64,000 bases of DNA. Source: an uncultured Pseudomonadota bacterium. Lineage in GTDB: Bacteria > Oederibacteriota > Muellerivitia > Muellerivitales > Muellerivitaceae. The DNA is taken from assembly GCA_963770835.1 (NCBI GenBank), contig CAVYRH010000004.1:608001-672000 (forward strand), in the 5' to 3' direction. The notes below the pieces were generated by a model, which searched no databases, had not been told where the DNA came from, and was given only the letters and a program-made list of their open reading frames with translations. This document shows positions 18,924 through 28,492 of the stretch, in pieces; positions within the stretch are counted from its first letter, which is position 1, and each line of letters starts with the position of its first letter. The position numbers and the translations under genes are program-made.

Positions 18924-20123
18924 TTGGCCCGCAAGAAAACCACGCGAAAAGTTCAAAAAAAACCGGCTCCTAAGGCCAAAGTTTTGGGCGGGCTCAAGCG
19001 CCTCCTTGACGCGCAAGTCCAATTGAACCGCTTCCGGGGCATCCTGGAGGCAGCTCCCGACTCCATGATCATCGTGGGCAAGGATGGAAAGATAGTCCTC
19101 ATCAACGCCCAAACCGAAATCCTTTTCGGGTACAAACGGGAAGAGTTACTAGGACAACCGATCGAGGTACTGATCCCCGAAAGGTACCGGGCCAACCATC
19201 CCAGCCACCGGGGCGGGTTCTTCGCCTCCCCCAAGACCCGTCCCATGGGGGCGGGCCTCGACCTTTACGCCCTGCGCAAGGACGGAAGCGAGTTTCCGGC
19301 GGAGATTTCCCTCAGCCCCACCGAAACGCCGGAAGGGCATTTCGTCACGGCGGCCATCCGCGACGTGACCGAGCGCAAACGGCAATTGGAAGAGGAAAAC
19401 CGCCGGATGCAGGAGGCTACACGCCTCAAAAGCGAGTTCCTGGCCAACATGTCCCACGAGCTGCGCACCCCCTTGAACGCCATCATCGGGTTCTCCGAGC
19501 TCATGGTGAACGAGAAAGTCGGCCCCCTCTCGGCCGAGCACAAGGAATACCTGGGCGACATCCTGACCTCCGCCCGGCACCTGCTGCAGCTCATCAACGA
19601 CGTGCTGGACCTGACCAAGGTCGAGGCGGGGAAAATGGAATTCCGTCCCGAAATCCTGGACCTTCCCAAGGTGACCACCGAAGTAAAGGACATCCTGAGG
19701 GGCCTGGCGGCGGCCAAACGCATCACCGTGGAAGTCAAAATCGACCCCACCCTCCCGAGGGTCCTGCTGGACGGCGGCAAGTACAAGCAAGTGCTTTACA
19801 ATTTCCTGTCCAACGCCATCAAGTTCACGCCCGAAAACGGCCGGGTTTCCATCAACGCCGTTCCGGAAGAAAACGGGATGTTCCGCCTCTCAGTGAAAGA
19901 CAATGGGATCGGCATCAAGGCCGAGGACAGGCACAAGCTTTTCATCGAATTCACCCAGTTGGACCAGGGTACGGCCAAGAAATACGCAGGCACTGGACTG
20001 GGGTTGGCCCTGACCAAGCGCATCGTAGAAGCCCAGGGTGGACGGGTGGAGGTCCAAAGCCAGGCGGGAGTGGGTAGTACCTTCTCGGCGGTACTACCGT
20101 TGGAAATGGAATCGAAAAAATAA
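18924..20123 (+). CDS. Cytoplasmic PAS-domain histidine kinase
   Basis: PAS ([15 protein letters not shown]), [25 protein letters not shown]. Confidence 0.95.
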   Translation: MARKKTTRKVQKKPAPKAKVLGGLKRLLDAQVQLNRFRGILEAAPDSMIIVGKDGKIVLINAQTEILFGYKREELLGQPIEVLIPERYRANHPSHRGGFFASPKTRPMGAGLDLYALRKDGSEFPAEISLSPTETPEGHFVTAAIRDVTERKRQLEEENRRMQEATRLKSEFLANMSHELRTPLNAIIGFSELMVNEKVGPLSAEHKEYLGDILTSARHLLQLINDVLDLTKVEAGKMEFRPEILDLPKVTTEVKDILRGLAAAKRITVEVKIDPTLPRVLLDGGKYKQVLYNFLSNAIKFTPENGRVSINAVPEENGMFRLSVKDNGIGIKAEDRHKLFIEFTQLDQGTAKKYAGTGLGLALTKRIVEAQGGRVEVQSQAGVGSTFSAVLPLEMESKK

Positions 20124-20140
20124 TCGTTTGAGGTATTTTG

Positions 20141-20527
20141 ATGGCGGGTGAACCGATCCTCATCGTCGACGACAATGTAACCAATCTTAAATTGACCCGG
20201 ATTGTTCTCATTAAGGAAGGTTACGCGATCCAGACGGCGGCTAATGCGGAGGAAGCTATCCGTAAAATGATGGAAGGATTTAAGCCCCGGCTGATCCTGA
20301 TGGACATTCAGCTTCCTGGAATGGATGGCCTCGCGCTGACGCGCCAACTCAAATCGGCCCCTGAAACCAAAGATATTGTCGTAGTGGCCCTGACGGCCTA
20401 TGCCATGAAAGCAGACGAGGAAAGGGCCCGCGCCGCTGGCTGCGATGGCTACATCGCCAAGCCCATCGACACCCAAACCTTTCCTGCGTTGATCGCGGAT
20501 TATCTGAAGAGAGAAAAGGCTTCATGA
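20141..20527 (+). CDS. Single-domain response regulator (DivK-like)
   Basis: ILIVDD, LMDIQLPGMDG, LTAYAM, KP. Confidence 0.93.
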   Translation: MAGEPILIVDDNVTNLKLTRIVLIKEGYAIQTAANAEEAIRKMMEGFKPRLILMDIQLPGMDGLALTRQLKSAPETKDIVVVALTAYAMKADEERARAAGCDGYIAKPIDTQTFPALIADYLKREKAS

Positions 20528-21918
20528 AAAAAATCCTGGTCATCGACGACGACCCCATCGAACGGCGGCTTCTCCAGGCGGTCCTGGGAAAGGCGGGCGG
20601 TTTCGAGGTGATTACGGCGGAAAACGGCCAATTGGGCCTGGAAAGGGCCGTGGATTCGGTCGGCGCCGTCATCCTGGACCTCCAACTGCCCGACATGAGC
20701 GGCATGGACGTCCTGAAAAAGCTCAAGGCGGCCCGGCCCCAGCTTCCGGTCATCATGCTCACCGGCGTCACCGACCTCCAGACGGCGGTGGAGGCCACCC
20801 AGGCCGGCGCCTACAACTACCTCACCAAGCCCTTCGAGAACGACCAGCTGCTCATCACCCTCAAGCGCGCCATGGAGCAAGACGAACTTCTGGCGGAAAT
20901 GGCCCAGCTCCGCCGGCAGGCGGGGAAGGGCCCGGCCTTGACCCGCATCATGGGCCAAGGGGACGCGATCCAAGAGGTGATCCAGCAGATCCAAAAAGTG
21001 GCCGGCTCCACGCTCACGGTCCTCATCCAGGGGGAGACGGGCACGGGCAAGGAACTTGTGGCGCGGGCCCTGCACGAGGAAAGCTCCCGCCGCCAAAAAC
21101 CCTTCGTGGCGGTGGACTGCGGCGCCCTGGCGGAAAACCTGCTGGAATCCGAGCTTTTCGGCCACGAGAAGGGGGCCTTCACGGGGGCTGACCGCAAAAA
21201 GGAAGGCCAACTGGTGCTGGCACAAGGCGGCACGCTCTTCCTGGACGAGGTTGGCAATTTGCCCATGGGCCTCCAGGCCAAGCTCCTGAGGGTCTTGCAG
21301 GAACGCCAGGTGAAGCCCGTGGGTGCCGAGAAATTAATCCCCATCGACGTGCGCTTCATCGCCGCCACCAACGCCCCCCTCGAGGAGGAGGCCAGGGCCG
21401 GCAAGTTCCGCCAGGACCTTTATTACCGCTTGGCCGAATTTACGGTCAATCTCCCCCCCTTGCGAAAGAGGCCAGAGGACCTTTCTTTGCTGGCCAACCG
21501 GTTCCGTGAAGAGGCATCCACTGAATTTCGCAAGCCGGTTGTCACCTTTTCGGGGGAGGCTGTTATGCTGCTTTCGGCCCACGCTTGGCCGGGCAACGTC
21601 CGCGAATTGCGGAATGTGGTGCGCCAAGCCGTTTTATTAACGCCCGATTCCATGGTCAATGAGGAACAGATTCGGGAGTTGTTGGGGAAGAAAGCCACCC
21701 ATGAATCCATCGGGCCGGTCGAAGTGCCCATCCCAGCCGGGCTTTCCCTGAAACAAATCGCCGAGGCCGCCGTGGAAGAGGCGGAAAAACAAGCCATCCG
21801 CAACACTCTCAAAGCCACGGGTGGCAACAAGTCCCAAGCCGCCAAAATCCTCAAGACGGACTACAAGACCCTCCACGTCAAAGTCAAGAAGTACGGCCTC
21901 CAAGCCAAAGAAGACTAA
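20524..21918 (+). CDS. NtrC-family sigma-54-dependent response regulator
   Basis: REC domain, GETGTGKE, GAFTGA, LFLDEV, WPGNVREL, C-terminal HTH. Confidence 0.96.
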   Translation: MKKILVIDDDPIERRLLQAVLGKAGGFEVITAENGQLGLERAVDSVGAVILDLQLPDMSGMDVLKKLKAARPQLPVIMLTGVTDLQTAVEATQAGAYNYLTKPFENDQLLITLKRAMEQDELLAEMAQLRRQAGKGPALTRIMGQGDAIQEVIQQIQKVAGSTLTVLIQGETGTGKELVARALHEESSRRQKPFVAVDCGALAENLLESELFGHEKGAFTGADRKKEGQLVLAQGGTLFLDEVGNLPMGLQAKLLRVLQERQVKPVGAEKLIPIDVRFIAATNAPLEEEARAGKFRQDLYYRLAEFTVNLPPLRKRPEDLSLLANRFREEASTEFRKPVVTFSGEAVMLLSAHAWPGNVRELRNVVRQAVLLTPDSMVNEEQIRELLGKKATHESIGPVEVPIPAGLSLKQIAEAAVEEAEKQAIRNTLKATGGNKSQAAKILKTDYKTLHVKVKKYGLQAKED

Positions 21919-21929
21919 AAATCTTTTTT

Positions 21930-22017
21930 ACCACAGAGGTCACAGAGAACACGGAGTAAGACTTTTTGTTTTCCCAAGAATAATTTTGGCCTCTGTGTAC
22001 TCCGTGCACTCTGTGGT
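21930..22017. repeat. ACCACAGAG nonamer inverted-repeat hairpin
   Basis: accacagaggtcacagagaacacggag ... ctctgtgtactccgtgcactctgtggt. Confidence 0.75.
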
Positions 22018-22041
22018 TCAAGATGTTTATGGTTTTTCGGC

Positions 22042-22059
22042 TATGGCGTTGACGCCATA
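22042..22059. promoter_or_regulatory. Putative sigma-54 enhancer (UAS) palindrome
   Basis: Perfect TATGGCG-ttga-CGCCATA. Confidence 0.7.
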
Positions 22060-22119
22060 ATCCCCTGAAATTCCCGTTTCCGGCTTCGTAAAAACCCTGA
22101 TTTTTCCATCATCCGCGAC

Positions 22120-22135
22120 TGGCATCTCCCTTGCG
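22120..22135 (+). promoter_or_regulatory. Sigma-54 promoter for the RR-Crp/Fnr operon
   Basis: TGGCATCTCCCTTGCG has exact -24/-12 spacing, about 40 bp before ATG 22177. Confidence 0.75.
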
Positions 22136-22176
22136 GTAGAGGCTCCCGAGATTTAAAAAACAAGGGAGCAGTCCCC

Positions 22177-22599
22177 ATGCCGAATGAACCCATCCTCATC
22201 GTTGATGACAACCCCATGAACCTGAAACTGGGAAAACGCGTACTGGAACTGGAGCAATACCAGGTGCTGACCGCCAAGAGCGCCGAGGAAACCCTCAAAG
22301 TTCTGGAATATTTTCATCCCAAATTAATCCTAATGGATTTCCAATTGCCCGACGTGGACGGCGTGGAGCTGACCCAAAAGGTGAAGGCGGACCCCAAAAA
22401 CCGGGACATCGTCATCCTCTTGGCGACTTCCTACGACCAGCAGGGCGACGAGGCCAAAGCGCGGGCGGCGGGGTGCAATGGCTACCTCCAAAAACCCCTC
22501 GACACGCAGGCACTTCCGGTAATCATCGCGGGCTATGTCCGCGAGGGTTCCCATGGCACCGGCCAATCCGGGAAAAACATTGAACCAACAAGACACTAA
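22177..22599 (+). CDS. Single-domain response regulator (paralogue of 20141)
   Basis: ILIVDDN, LMDFQLPDVDG, KP. Confidence 0.92.
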   Translation: MPNEPILIVDDNPMNLKLGKRVLELEQYQVLTAKSAEETLKVLEYFHPKLILMDFQLPDVDGVELTQKVKADPKNRDIVILLATSYDQQGDEAKARAAGCNGYLQKPLDTQALPVIIAGYVREGSHGTGQSGKNIEPTRH

Positions 22600-22630
22600 G
22601 TAAGTTATTTAAAAATCAAGGAGAATAACC

Positions 22631-23329
22631 ATGTTGACCATGAACAGAACCAAGATTACACCGGCCCTGGCGGTGCCCAAAAGTTTTCTAGCCACCATGG
22701 AAATCTTCAAAAGGGTTCCCGTGGAGGCTTTGAAGGAGATCGAAAAAAGAATGGTGGAGAAGAAATACGCCAAGCAGGATTCCATCCTTTTGGAAGGCGA
22801 CCCGGCGGAGTCCGTGTGGTTCGTCAAGGAAGGCCATGTGAAAGCCGTATCCCATGTCGCCAGCGGACGGTGCCAGACCCTTTGCATGGTGGGTCCCCGC
22901 GCTATGTTCGGCACCTGCTGCTGTTTCGGCGGAGGGAAATACCCCTGCCATAGCATGGCCGAGACCGAAGTGACGGTGGTTTCCCTGCCGATGACGGATT
23001 TTTCCGATCTTTTGTCGAGGTTCCCCCAGATCGGCCTGGCCTTGATCGCGCAAATCTCCGACCGCTTGCGCCGGTCCAAGGATACGCAGGCTTTCGACCA
23101 GGAAACGGTGGAAAAACGCATCCTGCACGTGTTGAAGGAGCTGGTGGAGGAATTCGGAACCACCATTCCCTTGACCCGCAGGGAAGTGGCCGAAATGGTG
23201 GGCACCACGGTGGAAACCTCCATCCGTACCTTTTCCCGCTTTGAGGACGAAGGCCTGGTCGCCACAAGCCGGGGACGGATTCTGGTCAAGAACTTGAAGG
23301 ATCTGGCGGATAGGCTGGAAGCGGCTTAA
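22631..23329 (+). CDS. Crp/Fnr-family transcriptional regulator with Cys-rich effector domain
   Basis: cNMP-fold (EGDPAESVWFVKEGHV), HTH LTRREVAEMVGTTVETSIRTFS. Confidence 0.93.
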   Translation: MLTMNRTKITPALAVPKSFLATMEIFKRVPVEALKEIEKRMVEKKYAKQDSILLEGDPAESVWFVKEGHVKAVSHVASGRCQTLCMVGPRAMFGTCCCFGGGKYPCHSMAETEVTVVSLPMTDFSDLLSRFPQIGLALIAQISDRLRRSKDTQAFDQETVEKRILHVLKELVEEFGTTIPLTRREVAEMVGTTVETSIRTFSRFEDEGLVATSRGRILVKNLKDLADRLEAA

Positions 23330-23701
23330 AGGCAGTCCACGGCTCTTAGTCGACAGTCGGCAGCAAAAGCGTAAAAGCAAAACAAAGGATTGTCGGATGA
23401 AGAACTACACGAAAAACACCCGAAAAAAGAACCTTCCTATCGCCCGGCACCAGATCCTCGTATTCAAAGAGGAAATACCTACGGTTTATGCCCGGTGGCT
23501 TTCTATCGACCCTCTCTTCCTCGAGGCGTATGATTATGAGACCTTTCGAGCCAATCCCATCCAGTCCAATTGACAGGGACCAACTGCCCGAATCCAGCGA
23601 TGGGTGGCTGATGCTGATCCTCTCGCAGGATGATTGGGCCGCCTGGATGGCCGAGGAAGTCCGGCGCGACACCTTCCTCTATCCGCCGTCGGAAAACTAA
23701 A

Positions 23702-24112
23702 ATGAGAAGCCAAGAAAAAAAAGTCATCCAATGCTTCAACGAGGGGAACTGGGAAAAACTGGTTCTTCACTCGGAAATACCGGTCTTCGTGGATTTCCTG
23801 TTCCCTGAACGCCCTGCTTCCATCACCGGTTCGCCCGACCTCTTGAGATTGGGCCAGGAATGGGCGGGCGTCGCCGAAGCCGGTTACCTGGACGTCTCCC
23901 GGGACTTATCCCTGGTTTTGAAGTATCCCATCGTGGACCTTCCGACTCTGTCCCTTTTTTACATGGGGAAAATCGTAAAATCCTTCGTTGGCCTCTCCCG
24001 CTTCCGCCAGAATTTCCAAGAGTTGGTTTTCCCGCTTTTCTCCCGGTTTCCATCCGGCGATTCCATGACCTGGATCATAAGTAAACCCACCGAACCTCAT
24101 AAAATTAACTAA
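23702..24112 (+). CDS. Thioredoxin-fold protein lacking CxxC
   Basis: NWEKLVL.SEIPVFVDF...KYPIVDLPTLSLFYMGKIV..FVG. Confidence 0.65.
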   Translation: MRSQEKKVIQCFNEGNWEKLVLHSEIPVFVDFLFPERPASITGSPDLLRLGQEWAGVAEAGYLDVSRDLSLVLKYPIVDLPTLSLFYMGKIVKSFVGLSRFRQNFQELVFPLFSRFPSGDSMTWIISKPTEPHKIN

Positions 24113-24251
24113 CAGGGTGCTGCAAAGTGCCTTTGCGTCCTGTCTACAGCCACGGGTTAGGAGCGAATCGCTTTAAACCCCTTGGTTTTCAAGGGGTGAC
24201 TCGCGACGAAGAAACGAAAAAGTTTGTCTTTTAGACTTTTTCATCATCCTG
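24113..24251 (-). mobile_element. MITE-like element, copy 2 (inverted), flanked by CTAA direct repeats
   Basis: Reverse complement of copy 1; ctaa-CAGGGTGCTG...CATCATCCTG-ctaa. Confidence 0.75.
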
Positions 24252-24421
24252 CTAAAAGAATCTTTAGTGAAGCACGGGAAGCATTTCGGCGGCCGCCCTA
24301 TTCCCTTCGGCCTGTTTTTAGTGCATTAGGGGCCTGGAAAAAGGGGAAAAACCGTTCTTATGATAATGGTCGTATCCGGACTTTCGAGGGGTGCCTAGAG
24401 TGGAAGTGAAAGAAGGATTTT

Positions 24422-24493
24422 ATGAAAAACATGGGAATGTTCGAACGTCGGATTCGGCGCATTTTGCCCCTTTTGGGGGCTGGCCCATGTTGA
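24422..24493 (+). pseudogene. Possible DUF2892/YgaP-like remnant
   Basis: AAGGA RBS; MKNMGMFERRIRRIL then an early stop. Confidence 0.3.
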
Positions 24494-24575
24494 CACGAGG
24501 GAAATCAACACTATTGAGGTGCCGCCGACTTACGTGAAACGCCCGAAATAAACCCGGGCGGGAAAGAGGTGGGTT

Positions 24576-25169
24576 ATGCAATTCGCGTCGAAGGCCGTCC
24601 GTCTCGCGGGGCTGCTGTTCCTGGCAGTCCTTCCCGCCTTTTCCCAGGAACTCAACGAGAACCAAAGATGGATCGAGCAGGCGGACGGGGGGTTCGTGTT
24701 TCCCCTCAGCTCCGCCGTGGCCGCCGGTTACGCCCGGGGTTACGGGGGTGATATCCTGGTGGGATACCGGTTCGACCGGGATTTCAGCCTCTCGGCCGAC
24801 CTGGGCTATTACGAATGCGACCAAACGGCCGCCACCTCCTCCTCGGGGCAATGGATCTACGTGCCCATCATGGCGGTTGCCCGCTACAACTTCGGTCCCG
24901 GCTGGGTGAGGCCCTTCGTCATGCTGGGGGCCGGTGTGGCGGTCAATACCTACACCCTTACCCCGGGGTATACGGGCAAACTGTCCAACCGCGAAACGGA
25001 TCCCTTGCTGGCGCCGGGCGTGGGGGTGATGTTCATCGTGGAGCACGACCTGGCTCTTTACGCCCAGGCGCGGGTTGACTTGAATTATTCCACCGTCGGC
25101 GGCCCCTGGACCGACAATCCCAGCGTCTTCATGCCCCTCAAGGCGGGCATGAGCTTTTACGTCCTTTGA
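24576..25169 (+). CDS. Small outer-membrane beta-barrel protein
   Basis: Signal peptide, alternating beta strands, RPFVMLGAG motif. Confidence 0.75.
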   Translation: MQFASKAVRLAGLLFLAVLPAFSQELNENQRWIEQADGGFVFPLSSAVAAGYARGYGGDILVGYRFDRDFSLSADLGYYECDQTAATSSSGQWIYVPIMAVARYNFGPGWVRPFVMLGAGVAVNTYTLTPGYTGKLSNRETDPLLAPGVGVMFIVEHDLALYAQARVDLNYSTVGGPWTDNPSVFMPLKAGMSFYVL

Positions 25170-25297
25170 CAGGAGGATGAAAAAGTCCTGAGAACGTACT
25201 TTTTCGTATCTGTGTCGCGAATAAAAAGGGATAAAAATTGATTCGCTCCTGCCCCGTGGCTGTCGACAGGATGAAAAGGCAATTTTTTAGCATCCGG
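25170..25297 (+). mobile_element. MITE-like element, copy 3 (degenerate)
   Basis: caggaggatgaaaaagtcc...gtcgcgaat...gattcgctcc..ccgtggctgtcgacagg. Confidence 0.65.
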
Positions 25298-25337
25298 TAA
25301 ACCTAAAAACCATATTATTTCATCTTTGGGGCTTGAT

Positions 25338-25377
25338 TTGTTTATACAGCTGTATAACTATACAGTTGTATAAACAA
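25338..25377. promoter_or_regulatory. Tandem palindromic operator, probably for the adjacent TetR
   Basis: TATACAGCTGTATA (25343-56) and TATACAGTTGTATA (25359-72) just upstream of tetR. Confidence 0.75.
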
Positions 25378-25393
25378 AAACCCGGAGAAGCGG

Positions 25394-26041
25394 ATGCCCC
25401 GTCCTTCCCAAAATACCGACCAGCGGCTGGTTGAAACGGCCTGTGAAATGCTCCAGAAATCCGGCTTGAGCGGCCTGAAACTACGGGAAGTGGCTCAAAA
25501 GGCCGGGATCAACCTGGGCATGTTCCATTACCATTTTAAAACCAAAGAAGCTTTCACCCGCCGGGTACTCCAACACACCTATGAGAAATTTTTCCAGGAA
25601 TTCTCCCTTGAGACTGCCAAGGACGGCAGCCCCTTGGAGAAACTTCGGGCCGCCCTGGTGACCCTGGGAAAATTCGTCCTGAAAAACCGGCGCATGATCG
25701 TGGCCATCGTCCACGACGTGGTGGGCAAGGACCGGGTGGCGCTGGACTTCGTGAAAGGCAACCTCCCCCGGCACGGCCTGGTGATCATCGGGCTGGTGAG
25801 GGAATGCCAAAAAAAAGGGATCATCCGCAAATTGGGCCTTCCGTCGGTGATGCCATTGCTCATGGGGGCGGTGGTCCTGCCGGCCATGGCCTTGGCCATG
25901 CTGGAGCACCTGGAAGTCAAAAGCATCCGCTTCATCCCTGTTGTGCTAATCAAAAGGGAATTGGCCTCGGAAAAGGCTATCGCGGCCCGGGTTGACTTAG
26001 CTTTGGAATCGCTTGAACCCCAAAAAGGAAGAAAAATATGA
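25394..26041 (+). CDS. TetR/AcrR-family regulator
   Basis: LREVAQKAGINLGMFHYHFKTKE HTH. Confidence 0.93.
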   Translation: MPRPSQNTDQRLVETACEMLQKSGLSGLKLREVAQKAGINLGMFHYHFKTKEAFTRRVLQHTYEKFFQEFSLETAKDGSPLEKLRAALVTLGKFVLKNRRMIVAIVHDVVGKDRVALDFVKGNLPRHGLVIIGLVRECQKKGIIRKLGLPSVMPLLMGAVVLPAMALAMLEHLEVKSIRFIPVVLIKRELASEKAIAARVDLALESLEPQKGRKI

Positions 26042-27495
26042 AAAAAAAACTGGGATTCCTGATATTGCTCCTATCGGTCAGGGCTTGGGGCCAAACTGGA
26101 ACCACTTCCGCCGAAATTTCCAAGCCCCCGGCCCCCGTAAGCCGGGTGGGCGCTTTTGCCACCCAGGGCACCCCTAAAGATACCCCGCAACAAGGGCCCG
26201 TGACCCATCTAGCCCTCACGCTTTCCGATTTAATCCAAGAGGCCTTCAAAAATTCCCCCAAACTCCAGTCGGCGAAGCTGGGTTACGAATCGGCCCGAAG
26301 CGAGGCTGGTTCCATGGGCGCCGCCGAGTTTCCCCGGCTGGGCTTGAGCGGCAATTATTTCTATCAGACCTACGTCCCGGAACTTTCCATTTTGCCCCAC
26401 ATGCCCACCGAACCCTTCGGAGAAGCCAACAATTGGGACGCCTGGGCCACCTTAAACTGGAACCTGTGGGACTTCCGTTCCCAGCACAACCTGGCCAACA
26501 GCTCCACGACGGCTTCCCAATCGCAGGAGCAGCAATATTTGGCCGCACAGCAGCAGTTGCGGCTGGCGGTGCGGATGGCTTACTTCCAGGCAAAGATTGA
26601 TTTGGAACAGATTCACCTCTTAGGGGATTCGCTGAAGGTGGCCCAGGCCCAGTACGGGGATATCGTCCACCAAGCCCGTTACGGGACGGCCAGCCGTTTG
26701 GACCAGTTGTCCTCCCACCAGGAAGTTTTGAACTACCAACGGCAGTTCATCCAGGCCCAAGCCAACCTGGCCCAATCCCTCCGGGACCTGTTCGACCTGG
26801 TGGGGGAAAAGGAACCCGTGGATTTTACCCGTCCCCTCGACGTCCCGATGGAAGGGGAACTCCCGGAGGGCGTACCCGCCCCAACGGTTTGGCTTTCCAC
26901 TGATTCGGTCCGGGATTCAAGGGAAGCGCTTGAAAAGGAAGCCCAAGTGCCGCCCGACGACAGCGTACCCCAACTCAAGACCTACGCCTACCTGGCCGAT
27001 TCCACCCGTTTCGCGGCGGACTCGGTGGGCTCCGGACTTCTTCCCAAGCTCACGCTTTCGGCCCAGGCAGGTTATGAAAATCCCGACGGGCCGATCCTTG
27101 AAACCATCCAACAGAATATCGTGTCGCTTTCGCTGACCATGCCCCTTTTCGATTGGGGAGCCATCGTGAAAGATTCAGATTCCAAACGCCAACAATCCGA
27201 AGCCTACCTGGCCGACCTGGACCAGGCCAAATCCGACCTTTGGCGGGACTGGAACAAGGCGGGGGACTCCTTAAGGTCTCTGGAATACCAGCAAACCTTA
27301 AACGAGACCGCCGTGTCCGAGACCCAGGAATTGGCCGGCCTGACCTATGGGGCTTATAAAGCCGGGACGGTCCGTTTCCTGGAAGTCCAGACGGCCAATT
27401 TCCAGGCCCTGGACGCCAAGATCCAGGCCGCCTCCAACGATGTTCAAATATTAATGCAGTTATCCGTTCTTTCATCCCTCGCGGGAAAAGAATAA
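26038..27495 (+). CDS. TolC-family outer-membrane efflux protein
   Basis: Signal peptide, two OEP repeats (FPRLGL, LPKLTL, PLFDWG). Confidence 0.9.
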   Translation: MKKKLGFLILLLSVRAWGQTGTTSAEISKPPAPVSRVGAFATQGTPKDTPQQGPVTHLALTLSDLIQEAFKNSPKLQSAKLGYESARSEAGSMGAAEFPRLGLSGNYFYQTYVPELSILPHMPTEPFGEANNWDAWATLNWNLWDFRSQHNLANSSTTASQSQEQQYLAAQQQLRLAVRMAYFQAKIDLEQIHLLGDSLKVAQAQYGDIVHQARYGTASRLDQLSSHQEVLNYQRQFIQAQANLAQSLRDLFDLVGEKEPVDFTRPLDVPMEGELPEGVPAPTVWLSTDSVRDSREALEKEAQVPPDDSVPQLKTYAYLADSTRFAADSVGSGLLPKLTLSAQAGYENPDGPILETIQQNIVSLSLTMPLFDWGAIVKDSDSKRQQSEAYLADLDQAKSDLWRDWNKAGDSLRSLEYQQTLNETAVSETQELAGLTYGAYKAGTVRFLEVQTANFQALDAKIQAASNDVQILMQLSVLSSLAGKE

Positions 27496-27580
27496 AGGCA
27501 GCAGGTAGCCGTTAGCTGTCGGTTTTTAGTTAACAGCCAATCGCTAAAAGCTAACTACTGGTTTTTAAAAAGGAGAAGAT

Positions 27581-28315
27581 ATGAAGAAACGGCTAAAGAT
27601 CATCATTCCAGTGGCGGTGGTCCTCATCATCGGCGCCATCCTTTGGCATTTCCTGAAGGGGGATAACTTCACTTACGCGGGAACGGTGGAGGCCACGGAG
27701 GTGGACATACCGGCCCAGGTTTCCTCCACCATTTCCCAATTGAACGTGGCCGAGGGCCAGGCGGTCACCCAGGGCCAGCTTTTGGTGACCTTGGACGGCA
27801 CGGACTACAAGTTAACCCAAAGCCAGGCAACCGACGACTACAACCGCGGATTGCAACTTCTCAACAGCGGGTCCATGCCCAAGGAAACCTTCAACCACCT
27901 CCAGTCCCAGAAGCAACTAGCGGATTTAAGGGTTCAATGGTGCTCTATCACCTCGCCCCTTTCGGGAACGGTCCTTACCAAGTACCACGAGCCCGGCGAA
28001 TGGGTGAACCCGGGCACCAAGGTTTTCACCCTGGCGGACTTAAGGCAGGTCTGGTGCCTGATCTTTATCCCCGAACCCAAGTTGGTCCAGGTTTCCTACG
28101 GGGAGGAGCTGAAGGCCACCCTGCCGGAGCTTCCCGGAAAGACCTTCGGGGGGACCATCACCCATATCAACGACCAGGCCGAGTTCACCCCCAAGAACGT
28201 GCAGACCGAAAAGGAACGCACCAACTTGGTTTACGCGGTCAAGGTGACCTTCGACAACCCGGAAGGGCTCCTGAAACCGGGCATGACGCTCGAGGTTTCA
28301 TTACCGAAAAAATAA
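27581..28315 (+). CDS. HlyD-family periplasmic adaptor (YbhG-like)
   Basis: GTVEATEV, AEFTPKNVQT..ER..LVYAVK, LKPGM. Confidence 0.92.
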   Translation: MKKRLKIIIPVAVVLIIGAILWHFLKGDNFTYAGTVEATEVDIPAQVSSTISQLNVAEGQAVTQGQLLVTLDGTDYKLTQSQATDDYNRGLQLLNSGSMPKETFNHLQSQKQLADLRVQWCSITSPLSGTVLTKYHEPGEWVNPGTKVFTLADLRQVWCLIFIPEPKLVQVSYGEELKATLPELPGKTFGGTITHINDQAEFTPKNVQTEKERTNLVYAVKVTFDNPEGLLKPGMTLEVSLPKK

Positions 28316-28323
28316 GGAATTGA

Positions 28324-28473
28324 ACCACAGAGCACCCGGAGGACACAGAGTGAGGCGGAACCCGTTCAGAGAATCGGGATTGAACTTAAATTGTGATTGT
28401 GTCATGAAATTTTAAGGGAACTGAGAAATCCATTGGTTTTAGTCGTCTCTGTGAACTCTGTGTCCTCTGTGGT
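28324..28473. repeat. ACCACAGAG nonamer inverted-repeat hairpin
   Basis: accacagagcacccggaggacacagag ... ctctgtgaactctgtgtcctctgtggt. Confidence 0.75.
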
Positions 28474-28492
28474 GAAAGGTTTTGGTGGTCAG

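Noticed and set aside
23397..23700. Two short overlapping ORFs between the Crp/Fnr and thioredoxin-like genes
   Set aside because: No recognisable motif; cannot be told apart from chance ORFs.
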